Shown piece after piece: positions 20,954 to 29,360 of a stretch of 64,000 bases of DNA. Made by a program: the position numbers and the translations under genes. The first letter of the stretch is position 1; the number at the start of each line of letters is the position of its first letter. Source of the stretch: Alphaproteobacteria bacterium (GTDB taxonomy: Bacteria > Pseudomonadota > Gammaproteobacteria > JAGOUN01). A model generated the notes under the pieces. The model saw nothing but the letters and a program-made list of their open reading frames with translations. It searched no databases and had not been told where the DNA came from. The stretch is taken from the NCBI GenBank assembly GCA_021151585.1, contig JAGKWX010000003.1:501-64500 (forward strand), written 5' to 3'.

Positions 20954-21837
20954 AAAAACGCGGCTTAGGACGATCACTTAATGCTATTTTATCATCAGGC
21001 GTATCACACCCCCCTGTGCTTGATCCTATCGTTGAAGATAATGCCACACACAGTCCACTGCAAAATTTGTCAGTTACGCAAATAGTCCCAGGTAAATATC
21101 AGCCTCGTCGTGATATTGATGAGGAGGCGATTAATGAATTAGCGCTGTCAATCAAGGCGCAAGGTGTTTTGCAACCGATTATAGTCCGAAAAAAAGACGA
21201 AAAATTCGAAATTATTGCTGGTGAGCGTCGTTGGCGAGCATCACAAAAGGCGGGTTTGAAAGAAGTTCCTGTAATCATCAAGGACATTCCTGATGAAACG
21301 GCGATGGCCATAGGTTTGATTGAAAATATTCAACGTGAAAACTTAAATGCAATTGATGAGGCATGTGGTTTGCAGCGTTTATTGCAAGAATTTTCCTTAA
21401 CACATCAAGAAATAGCTGATGCAATTGGTCGCTCGCGAGCCAGCGTTTCTAACCTTCTGCGATTATTAAATCTTCCAGCGGCAGTACAAAAATATTTGCA
21501 ACATGGGGATTTAGAGATGGGACATGCTCGTGCATTATTGGCGTTGCCAGCTGAGCAACAATTACGCGCGGCTGAGCATGTGGTTGAGCAAGCTTTGTCT
21601 GTGCGTGAAACAGAACATTACATTAAACAATTGCAAGTTTTGAATGTTGCTCGTACGCAAGTCAAAACATCTCCCTCAAAATCTGCACAAATTTTACAAA
21701 TGCAACAACAGTTTTCTGAGGCGCTCAAGATGAAAGTGGTTATTCAGCAAGATACACAAGGCAAGGGCAAAGTGGTTATTGCCTTTGATTCTGCGCGTGC
21801 CTTAGAAGAATTGCTTGATGTTGTAAAGAAGGGCTAA
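20950..21837 (+). CDS. parB: Chromosome partitioning protein ParB/Spo0J
   Basis: ParB box GERRWRA and HTH LTHQEIADAIGRSRASVSNLLRLL. Start overlaps the dacB stop (ATGA). No parA within the window. Confidence 0.85.
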   Translation: MKKRGLGRSLNAILSSGVSHPPVLDPIVEDNATHSPLQNLSVTQIVPGKYQPRRDIDEEAINELALSIKAQGVLQPIIVRKKDEKFEIIAGERRWRASQKAGLKEVPVIIKDIPDETAMAIGLIENIQRENLNAIDEACGLQRLLQEFSLTHQEIADAIGRSRASVSNLLRLLNLPAAVQKYLQHGDLEMGHARALLALPAEQQLRAAEHVVEQALSVRETEHYIKQLQVLNVARTQVKTSPSKSAQILQMQQQFSEALKMKVVIQQDTQGKGKVVIAFDSARALEELLDVVKKG

Positions 21838-21867
21838 CGGCGCTCGTTTTTTTGTCAAATAATTAAA

Positions 21868-22539
21868 CTATTTTTTACTTAGTAATTGTAGCAACCACGC
21901 TCGCAACGCAGTGATCTCATCTTGCCAAATGGTATGATCATAGTCATTGCTATGCCATTCGACTTGGTAGTGATTCTCAATTAATGTTTTTCGAATATAT
22001 TCCCCAACAACAAAGGGTACAATATGATCTTGTGTGCCATGCGCCAAAAACACCGGTGTTTTACGACTTGATTCCGATAAGTAATCAAACGTGTGATGAT
22101 CCTTTGCTGGTAAGGTAGAGAGCCCGATAATGCCAGCGAATTCATTTTCCGCATGTAGGCCAATTTCAAGGGCAATACTGCCTCCTTGTGAAAACCCCAT
22201 CAGAAAAATATTTTCAGGGCCAATGCCATGTTTGGCTTGCTCATCGGCAATAAGTCGCTTAATCATATTGCAACCAGCGTCAACATCAGCATAATCAGCA
22301 TAAATGGTTGAGGCGAAACTCATGTTTTTCACATCATACCAAGCTGGCATTGGGTAGCCTTGATTGATAGTCACTGGCCGCGTTGGTGCTTGAGGGAAAA
22401 CAAATCGTAAATTTGGTAAGGCTAATGCTTGTGCTATCGGCTTCAAGTCATCATTACTTGCGCCTAAGCCATGCATGCAAATGACGGAATATGTTGGAGG
22501 GCCGGTTAATTCATACTCAATCGTCTTTAAAATACTCAC
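21868..22539 (-). CDS. Phospholipase/carboxylesterase family alpha/beta hydrolase (223 aa)
   Basis: VICMHGLGASNDDL, the nucleophile elbow GFSQGG, and an HG..D tail typical of the YpfH/esterase family. Confidence 0.75.
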   Translation of the reverse strand: MSILKTIEYELTGPPTYSVICMHGLGASNDDLKPIAQALALPNLRFVFPQAPTRPVTINQGYPMPAWYDVKNMSFASTIYADYADVDAGCNMIKRLIADEQAKHGIGPENIFLMGFSQGGSIALEIGLHAENEFAGIIGLSTLPAKDHHTFDYLSESSRKTPVFLAHGTQDHIVPFVVGEYIRKTLIENHYQVEWHSNDYDHTIWQDEITALRAWLLQLLSKK

Positions 22540-22603
22540 TTTGAGTTCCGTTTTTATAATATAGAGTGCTAGTATAGCAGAAATTGTTTAAGGGGAAAAA
22601 TTA

Positions 22604-23464
22604 ATGATTGTTCGTAAAGCTGTTTTTCCTGTTGCCGGTATGGGTACTCGTTTTTTGCCTGCGACCAAAGCTACCCCAAAAGAGATGTTACCCATTGTCG
22701 ATAAGCCCTTGATTCAATACGCTGTTGAAGAAGCGATTGCTGCCGGTATTGAAGAGCTGATTTTTGTAACCAGTAGCACAAAGCGGGCCATCGAAGATCA
22801 TTTTGATTCTAATTTTGAATTAGAGTGTAAATTAGAAGAACAAAAAAAATATGATTTATTGAAATTAGTGCAAGAAATTCTACCTGCGGGGGTGAATTGT
22901 TGTTATGTGCGACAAAAAAGCCCTTTAGGTCTAGGACATGCTGTGTTGTGCGCTAAAGAGGTTGTTGGTAATGAACCATTTGCGGTATTATTGGCTGATG
23001 ATCTTATTGATGCCGCCCCCGGATGCTTAACGCAAATGCTACAAGCTTATGCGAAATATAAATGTAGTGTTGTAGCAACGCAAACTATCCAGATTAAAGA
23101 TTCGGATAAATATGGTATGGTTGATGTTGTCAATAGTGCCTTAGCCGAGAAAAAAATTAATAGCATTATAGAAAAACCAAAGCCTGAATGCGCGCCATCT
23201 AATTTTGGTGTCGTCGGGCGCTATGTGTTAACGCCACGGATTTTTGATTTATTGGCAACGACTAACCAAGGGGCTGGTGGTGAAATACAATTAACAGATG
23301 CAATTTCTGATTTGTTAACTTATGAGAATGTATATGCCTACGCCTTTGATGGACGTCGCTATGATTGTGGTAGTAAGATAGGATACTTAGAAGCAACATT
23401 CAATTTTGCTTTGAAGCATCCAGAATTGGGTGCGCAAGTTAAACAGATGTTATCTGATTTGTAG
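22604..23464 (+). CDS. galU: UTP--glucose-1-phosphate uridylyltransferase
   Basis: [35 protein letters not shown], the canonical GalU N-terminus. Confidence 0.92.
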   Translation: MIVRKAVFPVAGMGTRFLPATKATPKEMLPIVDKPLIQYAVEEAIAAGIEELIFVTSSTKRAIEDHFDSNFELECKLEEQKKYDLLKLVQEILPAGVNCCYVRQKSPLGLGHAVLCAKEVVGNEPFAVLLADDLIDAAPGCLTQMLQAYAKYKCSVVATQTIQIKDSDKYGMVDVVNSALAEKKINSIIEKPKPECAPSNFGVVGRYVLTPRIFDLLATTNQGAGGEIQLTDAISDLLTYENVYAYAFDGRRYDCGSKIGYLEATFNFALKHPELGAQVKQMLSDL

Positions 23465-23472
23465 GGAGAACT

Positions 23473-25107
23473 ATGATGGAATCTATAGCGTTAACGCCCA
23501 CTTGGAAAGTGTTGCAACAACATAAGCTTGATATTGCGCGGGTTCATCTGCGAGATTTGTTTTTCAATGACCCCAAACGATTTGAACGTTTTTCCTTAAA
23601 ATACGATGGCATATTATTGGATTTTTCTAAAAACCGCATCACCCAAGAAACTCTTATGCTATTACTTCAATTAGCCGAAACAGCTGAGGTCAAGTTGCGC
23701 AGTTTTGAAATGTTTGCTGGTGATAAAATTAACATCACCGAACATCGCGCTGTTTTGCATACGGCATTACGCAATATTGATCACGCACCGGTTTTTCTTG
23801 ATCATCATAATATTATGCAAGATATTGAATCTGTTTGGCATCAGATGCGCAATATCAGCGAGAAAATTCGCCAACAACAATATTTTGGTTTTAGCGGTAA
23901 GCCAATCAATACCATTGTTAATTTAGGTATTGGTGGTTCTGATTTAGGCCCTAAAATGGTTAACTATGCGCTTGAACATGTAGCCACGGATAATTTAACT
24001 TGTCATTTTGTATCAAACGTTGATGCCACAGCGATATCACGCGTTTTAAAACGCTGCGATCCAGAGACGACGCTATTTATCATTTCGTCCAAGTCATTTT
24101 CTACTATTGAGACACTGACCAATGCAAACACGGCAAAACAATGGTTGTTAAAAAATTCGGATACAAAAGCTATTGCAACGCATTTTATTGCCATCACCGC
24201 GAAAGGTGATAGGGCTAAAGCTTGGGGTATTAATGAAGAGAATATTTTACCCTTATGGGATTGGGTGGGTGGACGGTATTCACTGTGGTCGGCTATTGGT
24301 TTGCCGATCGCCATTATGTGTGGCATGAAGAATTTTAAAGAATTATTGGCTGGTGCACATGCTATGGATGAGCATTTTAAAACAGCCGAATTAGCCCAAA
24401 ATCTTCCAGTATTATTGGCGCTAATCGGTGTTTGGAATCATAATTTTTTACATATGCCATCGAATGCGATTTTGCCTTATTGTGAAGCATTAAAATATTT
24501 TCCAGAACATTTGCAGCAAGTGGATATGGAAAGCAATGGTAAGTGCGTTGATGCTTTGGGGCGCGAAATTCTTGAGTATCAAACAGGACCGATTATTTGG
24601 GGTGCTCCAGGAACTAATGGCCAGCATTCATTTCATCAATTATTGCATCAAGGTACTGCAAAAGTGTGGTGTGATTTTATATTGCCAGTTAAGCCAATTG
24701 ATAATATCGGCGAACACCATGCATTATTAAGTGCTAATTGTTTTGCGCAAAGCCAAGCATTGATGCAAGGCAAATCACTGGCAGAGGCCTATGAAGAATT
24801 ACTCGCGCAAGGCGTTGAGCATGATGTGGCTGTGGTCTTGGCAGAACATAAAATGAGCTCTGGTAATAAGCCGAGTAGTACAATTCTATTTCCGCAACTA
24901 ACCCCTTACTATTTAGGCGCCCTGATCGCTTTGTATGAGCATAAAATTTTTACGCAAGGTGTTATTTGGCAGGTAAATTCCTTTGATCAATGGGGGGTCG
25001 AGTTAGGTAAGCAACTGGCGGATCATTTGTTGCCAGCGGTTGCTGGGCAAAACATCGACGGCTTGGATGCGTCCACGCAGGGTTTGCTTGAGGCAAGCCG
25101 GATATAG
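23473..25107 (+). CDS. pgi: Glucose-6-phosphate isomerase
   Basis: GIGGSDLGP, GGRYSLWSAIGLPIA, and conserved C-terminal WGVELGK. Confidence 0.92.
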   Translation: MMESIALTPTWKVLQQHKLDIARVHLRDLFFNDPKRFERFSLKYDGILLDFSKNRITQETLMLLLQLAETAEVKLRSFEMFAGDKINITEHRAVLHTALRNIDHAPVFLDHHNIMQDIESVWHQMRNISEKIRQQQYFGFSGKPINTIVNLGIGGSDLGPKMVNYALEHVATDNLTCHFVSNVDATAISRVLKRCDPETTLFIISSKSFSTIETLTNANTAKQWLLKNSDTKAIATHFIAITAKGDRAKAWGINEENILPLWDWVGGRYSLWSAIGLPIAIMCGMKNFKELLAGAHAMDEHFKTAELAQNLPVLLALIGVWNHNFLHMPSNAILPYCEALKYFPEHLQQVDMESNGKCVDALGREILEYQTGPIIWGAPGTNGQHSFHQLLHQGTAKVWCDFILPVKPIDNIGEHHALLSANCFAQSQALMQGKSLAEAYEELLAQGVEHDVAVVLAEHKMSSGNKPSSTILFPQLTPYYLGALIALYEHKIFTQGVIWQVNSFDQWGVELGKQLADHLLPAVAGQNIDGLDASTQGLLEASRI

Positions 25108-25169
25108 GTTTTAACAATGCGCTACCCTCGATACGTTTAGAAAACGCGGGTGCTAAACGTGATAATCTC

Positions 25170-25412
25170 TCAAAAATAATGTGTTGCTTTAATTATTATT
25201 TCGCCTGTTTCAGTAAATTTTAAAGCATTGCTAACAAGATTCATGATGACGATAGTTTTGGCTAATACCGTCACCAGCAAAGTTAGTTGACATTTGATAG
25301 CTGCCTGAGCATGTTGATCAGCAATGGGGGTTGGAGGAAGTCTATCTAAAATTCGTATTTCTGTTGAAAATAAAAATAAACTTCCGAGCGAGACATTCCA
25401 TTCCGAAAACAT
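25170..25412 (-). pseudogene. Truncated remnant of a sensor histidine kinase (HATPase_c N-box only)
   Basis: The 80-aa ORF ends ...IVIMNLVSNALKFTETGEIIIKATHYF*, a BarA/ArcB-type N-box (NLvsNAiKFTe.G.I.I) followed immediately by a stop. G1/G2 boxes and the HisKA domain are absent. It lies in a 600-bp non-coding gap. Confidence 0.35.
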
Positions 25413-25706
25413 GCCAGCAAAAAATTAAATTTTATAATTTGATGAAATATGCGGGTTAAAAAAACCAAACAGATTGGAATGTTGGACGCTTTTTTTGGTA
25501 TTTTATATTCTTACACTATAGTTCATAAATTGAATAATACCATATTGTACCGCTCAAAAAATCACGTTAAGTAACAGGGTTGGTTAATGTGCCGTTATAC
25601 TGCTATGATTCATCTGCTGAACCATCGCTTTTCGCCATGGGTTTAATCACCTATGAGATTAAGGCAATAGAGTTGGAAAGCTAAATATTCCGAAATATAC
25701 TAATCC

Positions 25707-27251
25707 TTGATCTATAGGAAATCAGGCATGCTCAATACTAAGTTAACTTATCGTATAAGTTGTACGGTTATATTTTCATTTTTTATATGGCAAATACTGA
25801 AAAGTGGCTGGTTAAGTGATGATGCTCAAATCACTCTCCGATCGGTGATGAATTTTTTGAGCGGTTTTGGACCAAATTTCAATTGTGATGAACGTGTGCA
25901 AGCGTTCACTCACCCTTTGTGGTTTATGTGCTTAGCCTGTATGACTTTCATTGTTCGAAATGCTTATTACGCTACTTTTGCGCTCTCAATAAGTCTATCT
26001 AGTTTGGCGCTGTACTTATTTTTAACTAAAATTTCACCTTATGCCAAATCGGTAATTCTTGCCTCGTTATGCTTGGTTTTTTCTAAGGCTTACCTGGACT
26101 ATTCTACGTCTGGTCTTGAAAATCCACTATCTCATATTTTGCTGCTTGTTTTAGTATTGTTGGCGGAAAAGATAACAGAAAACAATCTTTCATCGCGCAA
26201 AAATCTTAGTGGTTATTTTTTATGCTGCGCATTTTTATATCTCAATCGACCTGATTTATCATTACTCATTCTTCCCTTGACTTTATGGGTATGTAAAAGA
26301 AATTTAGCTCAATTTGGTGCGCTTGTATCGTCTCTGTGTATTGGCGCTATTCCTGCCTTAATATGGACTGGCTTTTCACTTTATTATTACGGGTTTCCTT
26401 TTCCTAATACGGCTTATGCTAAATTAGGAATTACTGTCCCAATAGGGTGGCGTATTCATCATGGCGTATATTATTTATTAAACTCATTGAAGATGGATCC
26501 TCTTACTTTAATCACTATTGCTGTGGGTGTGGTTGCTAGTGTTTTTTCTTCAGCGTTGAATCGGAAAATAGCATGGGGCATTGTGCTTTATTTGGCCTAT
26601 ACCGTGTCTATTGGTGGCGATTTTATGTCTGGTCGTTTTTTAACCGAAACTTTATTGGCTGCTGCTATTATTATTGCTCGTTGCCGCTGGAGCAAAAAAT
26701 ATTTGTGGTTGTTTGCTATATCAATTACTTGTATAACTGTGGGGGAAATTATACACAATGCTTCGGTTGATCGCTCTCATTTGCAACTTAGGTTTGACCA
26801 TGGTATCGCCGATGAAAGACTATATTATGATAGTAAGTTCCAAGTGACTTCTTATAAAATGGCAGAATTATTTGCACTTAACCAATGGAAAACAAAAAAT
26901 CAAGGCGTGAAGATTATCGAATGCGGTATTTTAGGGTATCAAAGTATTAGCGCCGGGCCGGGCATGCATTTTAGCGATCAATGTGCACTAGCTGATCCAC
27001 TGTTGGCGCGCATACCTTCTCAAGGCAATGAGCACGATTGGCGTATCGGGCATATTTTACATAACATACCTGCAGGATATTATGAAAGCTTACAACAAAA
27101 TCAAAATATGCTGATCGACCCACAATTACATGAATATTATGATAAGATAAGGCTTATTACTCGCAGCCCGCTAAATTCCCGAGGCCGCTTGCATGCTATT
27201 ATTGAGCTTAACTTGCATAAAAGAGCACGCATTTCGTCTGAGTATAAATAA
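25707..27251 (+). CDS. Polytopic membrane glycosyltransferase, GT-C fold (ArnT/PMT-like), 514 aa
   Basis: About 10 TM helices with a DD motif in the first extracytoplasmic loop (GWLSDDAQI), plus a ~160-aa soluble C-terminal domain. Located at the head of the waaF-waaC-waaG/P LPS core cluster. Family assignment is tentative. Confidence 0.45.
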   Translation: MIYRKSGMLNTKLTYRISCTVIFSFFIWQILKSGWLSDDAQITLRSVMNFLSGFGPNFNCDERVQAFTHPLWFMCLACMTFIVRNAYYATFALSISLSSLALYLFLTKISPYAKSVILASLCLVFSKAYLDYSTSGLENPLSHILLLVLVLLAEKITENNLSSRKNLSGYFLCCAFLYLNRPDLSLLILPLTLWVCKRNLAQFGALVSSLCIGAIPALIWTGFSLYYYGFPFPNTAYAKLGITVPIGWRIHHGVYYLLNSLKMDPLTLITIAVGVVASVFSSALNRKIAWGIVLYLAYTVSIGGDFMSGRFLTETLLAAAIIIARCRWSKKYLWLFAISITCITVGEIIHNASVDRSHLQLRFDHGIADERLYYDSKFQVTSYKMAELFALNQWKTKNQGVKIIECGILGYQSISAGPGMHFSDQCALADPLLARIPSQGNEHDWRIGHILHNIPAGYYESLQQNQNMLIDPQLHEYYDKIRLITRSPLNSRGRLHAIIELNLHKRARISSEYK

Positions 27252-27280
27252 TGCGCTCGTGTCTTTGAAATCGAGAAAAT

Positions 27281-28312
27281 ATGACTACCAAGTATCTTAT
27301 TATAGGCCCTTCGTGGATTGGCGATATGATTATGGCCAACGCCTTGTTGCGATGTTTGAAAGCGCAAGATTCTCGTTGTGTGATTGATGTCTTAGCGCCG
27401 GAGTGGAGTCACCCTGTGCTTGCGCGTATGCCTGAAGTCCGTAGAGCACTTGTGATGCCCGTGAAGCATGGCATCTTTGGCTGGCGTATGCGTTATAAGA
27501 TTGGAATATCATTGCGCGATGAGCACTATGATCATGCAATTATATTGCCGAATTCATGGAAGTCAGCACTGATCCCCTTGTTTGCTTGTATCAAAAAACG
27601 TACTGGTTGGCGAGGTGAGTGGCGTTATGGCTTGTTAAACGATGTGCGTGTGTTGGATAAGAAAAAATTTCCATTGATGGTGGATAGATATGTAGAATTA
27701 GGGAGAATTATCGGAGCCGGCGACACTCATGCTTGTCCACCAAATGTTTATCCTCATTTACTAGTTGACCCAAATCAGCGTGACATTGCCCTAAAAAAAT
27801 ATCATTTTTCTCAAGACAAACCACTGTTGATTCTGTGTCCAGGCGCACAATATGGTAATTCAAAACGCTGGCCAGAAGAAAATTTTGCCAAAGTCGCACG
27901 ACATTTTTTAGATCAGGGTTGGCAAGTTGCTGTATTAGGTGGGAATGCCGAGGCTAATTTAGCTAATCAAATAATTGCAGCACAAGGTTTGGTTGCGTCT
28001 GATCATCAGATAGTCGATTTAACGATGACAACGCTAGCCGAAGCGATAGATATTATGTCCCTAGCGCGCGTGGTTGTCAGCAATGACTCTGGTTTGATGC
28101 ATATCGCTTGTGCTTTAACTAGGTCAATTGTTGCAATTTATGGCTCAAGTTCACCGGATTTCACACCTCCACTCAGCGATAAGGCAGTGATATTATCGAA
28201 ATCCTTGCCGTGTAAGCCATGTTTCAAGCGCGAATGTCCTTTAGGGCATATGTTATGTTTAAAAAATATTACGCCAGAGGAAGTTATCGGTGCAATCAAG
28301 ACTTTGCTATGA
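27281..28312 (+). CDS. waaF: ADP-heptose--LPS heptosyltransferase II
   Basis: YLIIGPSWIGDMIMANALLRCLKA...LPNSWKSALIPLFA..RTGWRGEWRYGLLNDVRVLDK is near-collinear with E. coli WaaF/RfaF. Confidence 0.92.
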   Translation: MTTKYLIIGPSWIGDMIMANALLRCLKAQDSRCVIDVLAPEWSHPVLARMPEVRRALVMPVKHGIFGWRMRYKIGISLRDEHYDHAIILPNSWKSALIPLFACIKKRTGWRGEWRYGLLNDVRVLDKKKFPLMVDRYVELGRIIGAGDTHACPPNVYPHLLVDPNQRDIALKKYHFSQDKPLLILCPGAQYGNSKRWPEENFAKVARHFLDQGWQVAVLGGNAEANLANQIIAAQGLVASDHQIVDLTMTTLAEAIDIMSLARVVVSNDSGLMHIACALTRSIVAIYGSSSPDFTPPLSDKAVILSKSLPCKPCFKRECPLGHMLCLKNITPEEVIGAIKTLL

Positions 28313-29348
28313 AGGAGGTAAAAAAATTCGTATTCTGCTTGTAAAAACATCATCGCTAGGCGATATAATTCATACGCTACCTGCGTTAACAGATGCCATG
28401 CGCGCAATTCCAGGGATTATTTTTGATTGGGTGATTGAAGAACGTTTTCAAGCCATTCCAGCATGGCACCCTGCGGTGGGACGAGTCATCCCTATTGCCT
28501 TGCGGCGTTGGAAGAAAAAGAAAAATTTTTTGACCATTTTTTCTTCTATAAAAGCATTTAAAAAAATAGTGAATCAACAATCTTATGATTTGGTCATTGA
28601 TGCACAAGGATTAGTAAAGTCTGCCCTAATAACATACTTGGTCAAGGCTCCCAGCGCGGGATATTCTAAAAACAGTATACGAGAAAAGTTAGCGAGTATT
28701 TTTTATGACGAAAGATACGAGGTGGCCAAAAAACAGCATGCAATCACTCGTATTCGACATTTATTTAGTCAGGCATTATATTATCCTTTGTCAGATGGCG
28801 TTATTGATTATGGCTTGACAGTGTCAGATTGCGAAGACAACTCGCAATCGTCGGCGTATGTTTTATTTTTTCACGGCACAACATGGGCTAATAAACATTG
28901 GCCAGAAAATTATTGGAAGCGCTTATTGCAGTTGCTGAATCAGCGTCAGTTTGCAGTTAAGTTAGCTTGGGGTAATCACGAGGAGTATCAGCGTAGTTTA
29001 CGTATTGCTGAATATGGCGAGGCAGATATTTTGCCTGAATTAAGCATAGAAGGGATGATGCCAGTCATTGCATCGGCGGCCGCGGTTGTTGCTGTAGATA
29101 CAGGTTTATGTCATTTGGCCGCGGCATTAAATGTTCCAACCATCGCTTTATTTGGACCGACAGATCCCTTGAAAACAGGTGTATTGGGAGATAGGCATGT
29201 GAATCTCGCGACAAATTTCACTTGCGCGCCATGTTTAAAACGACAGTGCACATATACAGAAAAAACAGATGAGTGGCCAGCATGTATGATGACCTTGCCG
29301 CCTCAGTTTGTGATTAAGAAGATGATAGAGATGAATATAACTCATTAA
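28290..29348 (+). CDS. waaC: ADP-heptose--LPS heptosyltransferase I
   Basis: IRILLVKTSSLGDIIHTLPALTDAMRAIPGIIFDWVIEERFQAIPAWHPAVGRVIPIALRRW aligns with E. coli WaaC (MRVLIVKTSSMGDVLHTLPALTDA...). The ATG at 28290 overlaps the waaF 3' end; an ATT start after the GGAGG RBS is an alternative. Confidence 0.88.
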   Translation: MQSRLCYEGGKKIRILLVKTSSLGDIIHTLPALTDAMRAIPGIIFDWVIEERFQAIPAWHPAVGRVIPIALRRWKKKKNFLTIFSSIKAFKKIVNQQSYDLVIDAQGLVKSALITYLVKAPSAGYSKNSIREKLASIFYDERYEVAKKQHAITRIRHLFSQALYYPLSDGVIDYGLTVSDCEDNSQSSAYVLFFHGTTWANKHWPENYWKRLLQLLNQRQFAVKLAWGNHEEYQRSLRIAEYGEADILPELSIEGMMPVIASAAAVVAVDTGLCHLAAALNVPTIALFGPTDPLKTGVLGDRHVNLATNFTCAPCLKRQCTYTEKTDEWPACMMTLPPQFVIKKMIEMNITH

Positions 29349-29360
29349 TTAAGGCATGAT

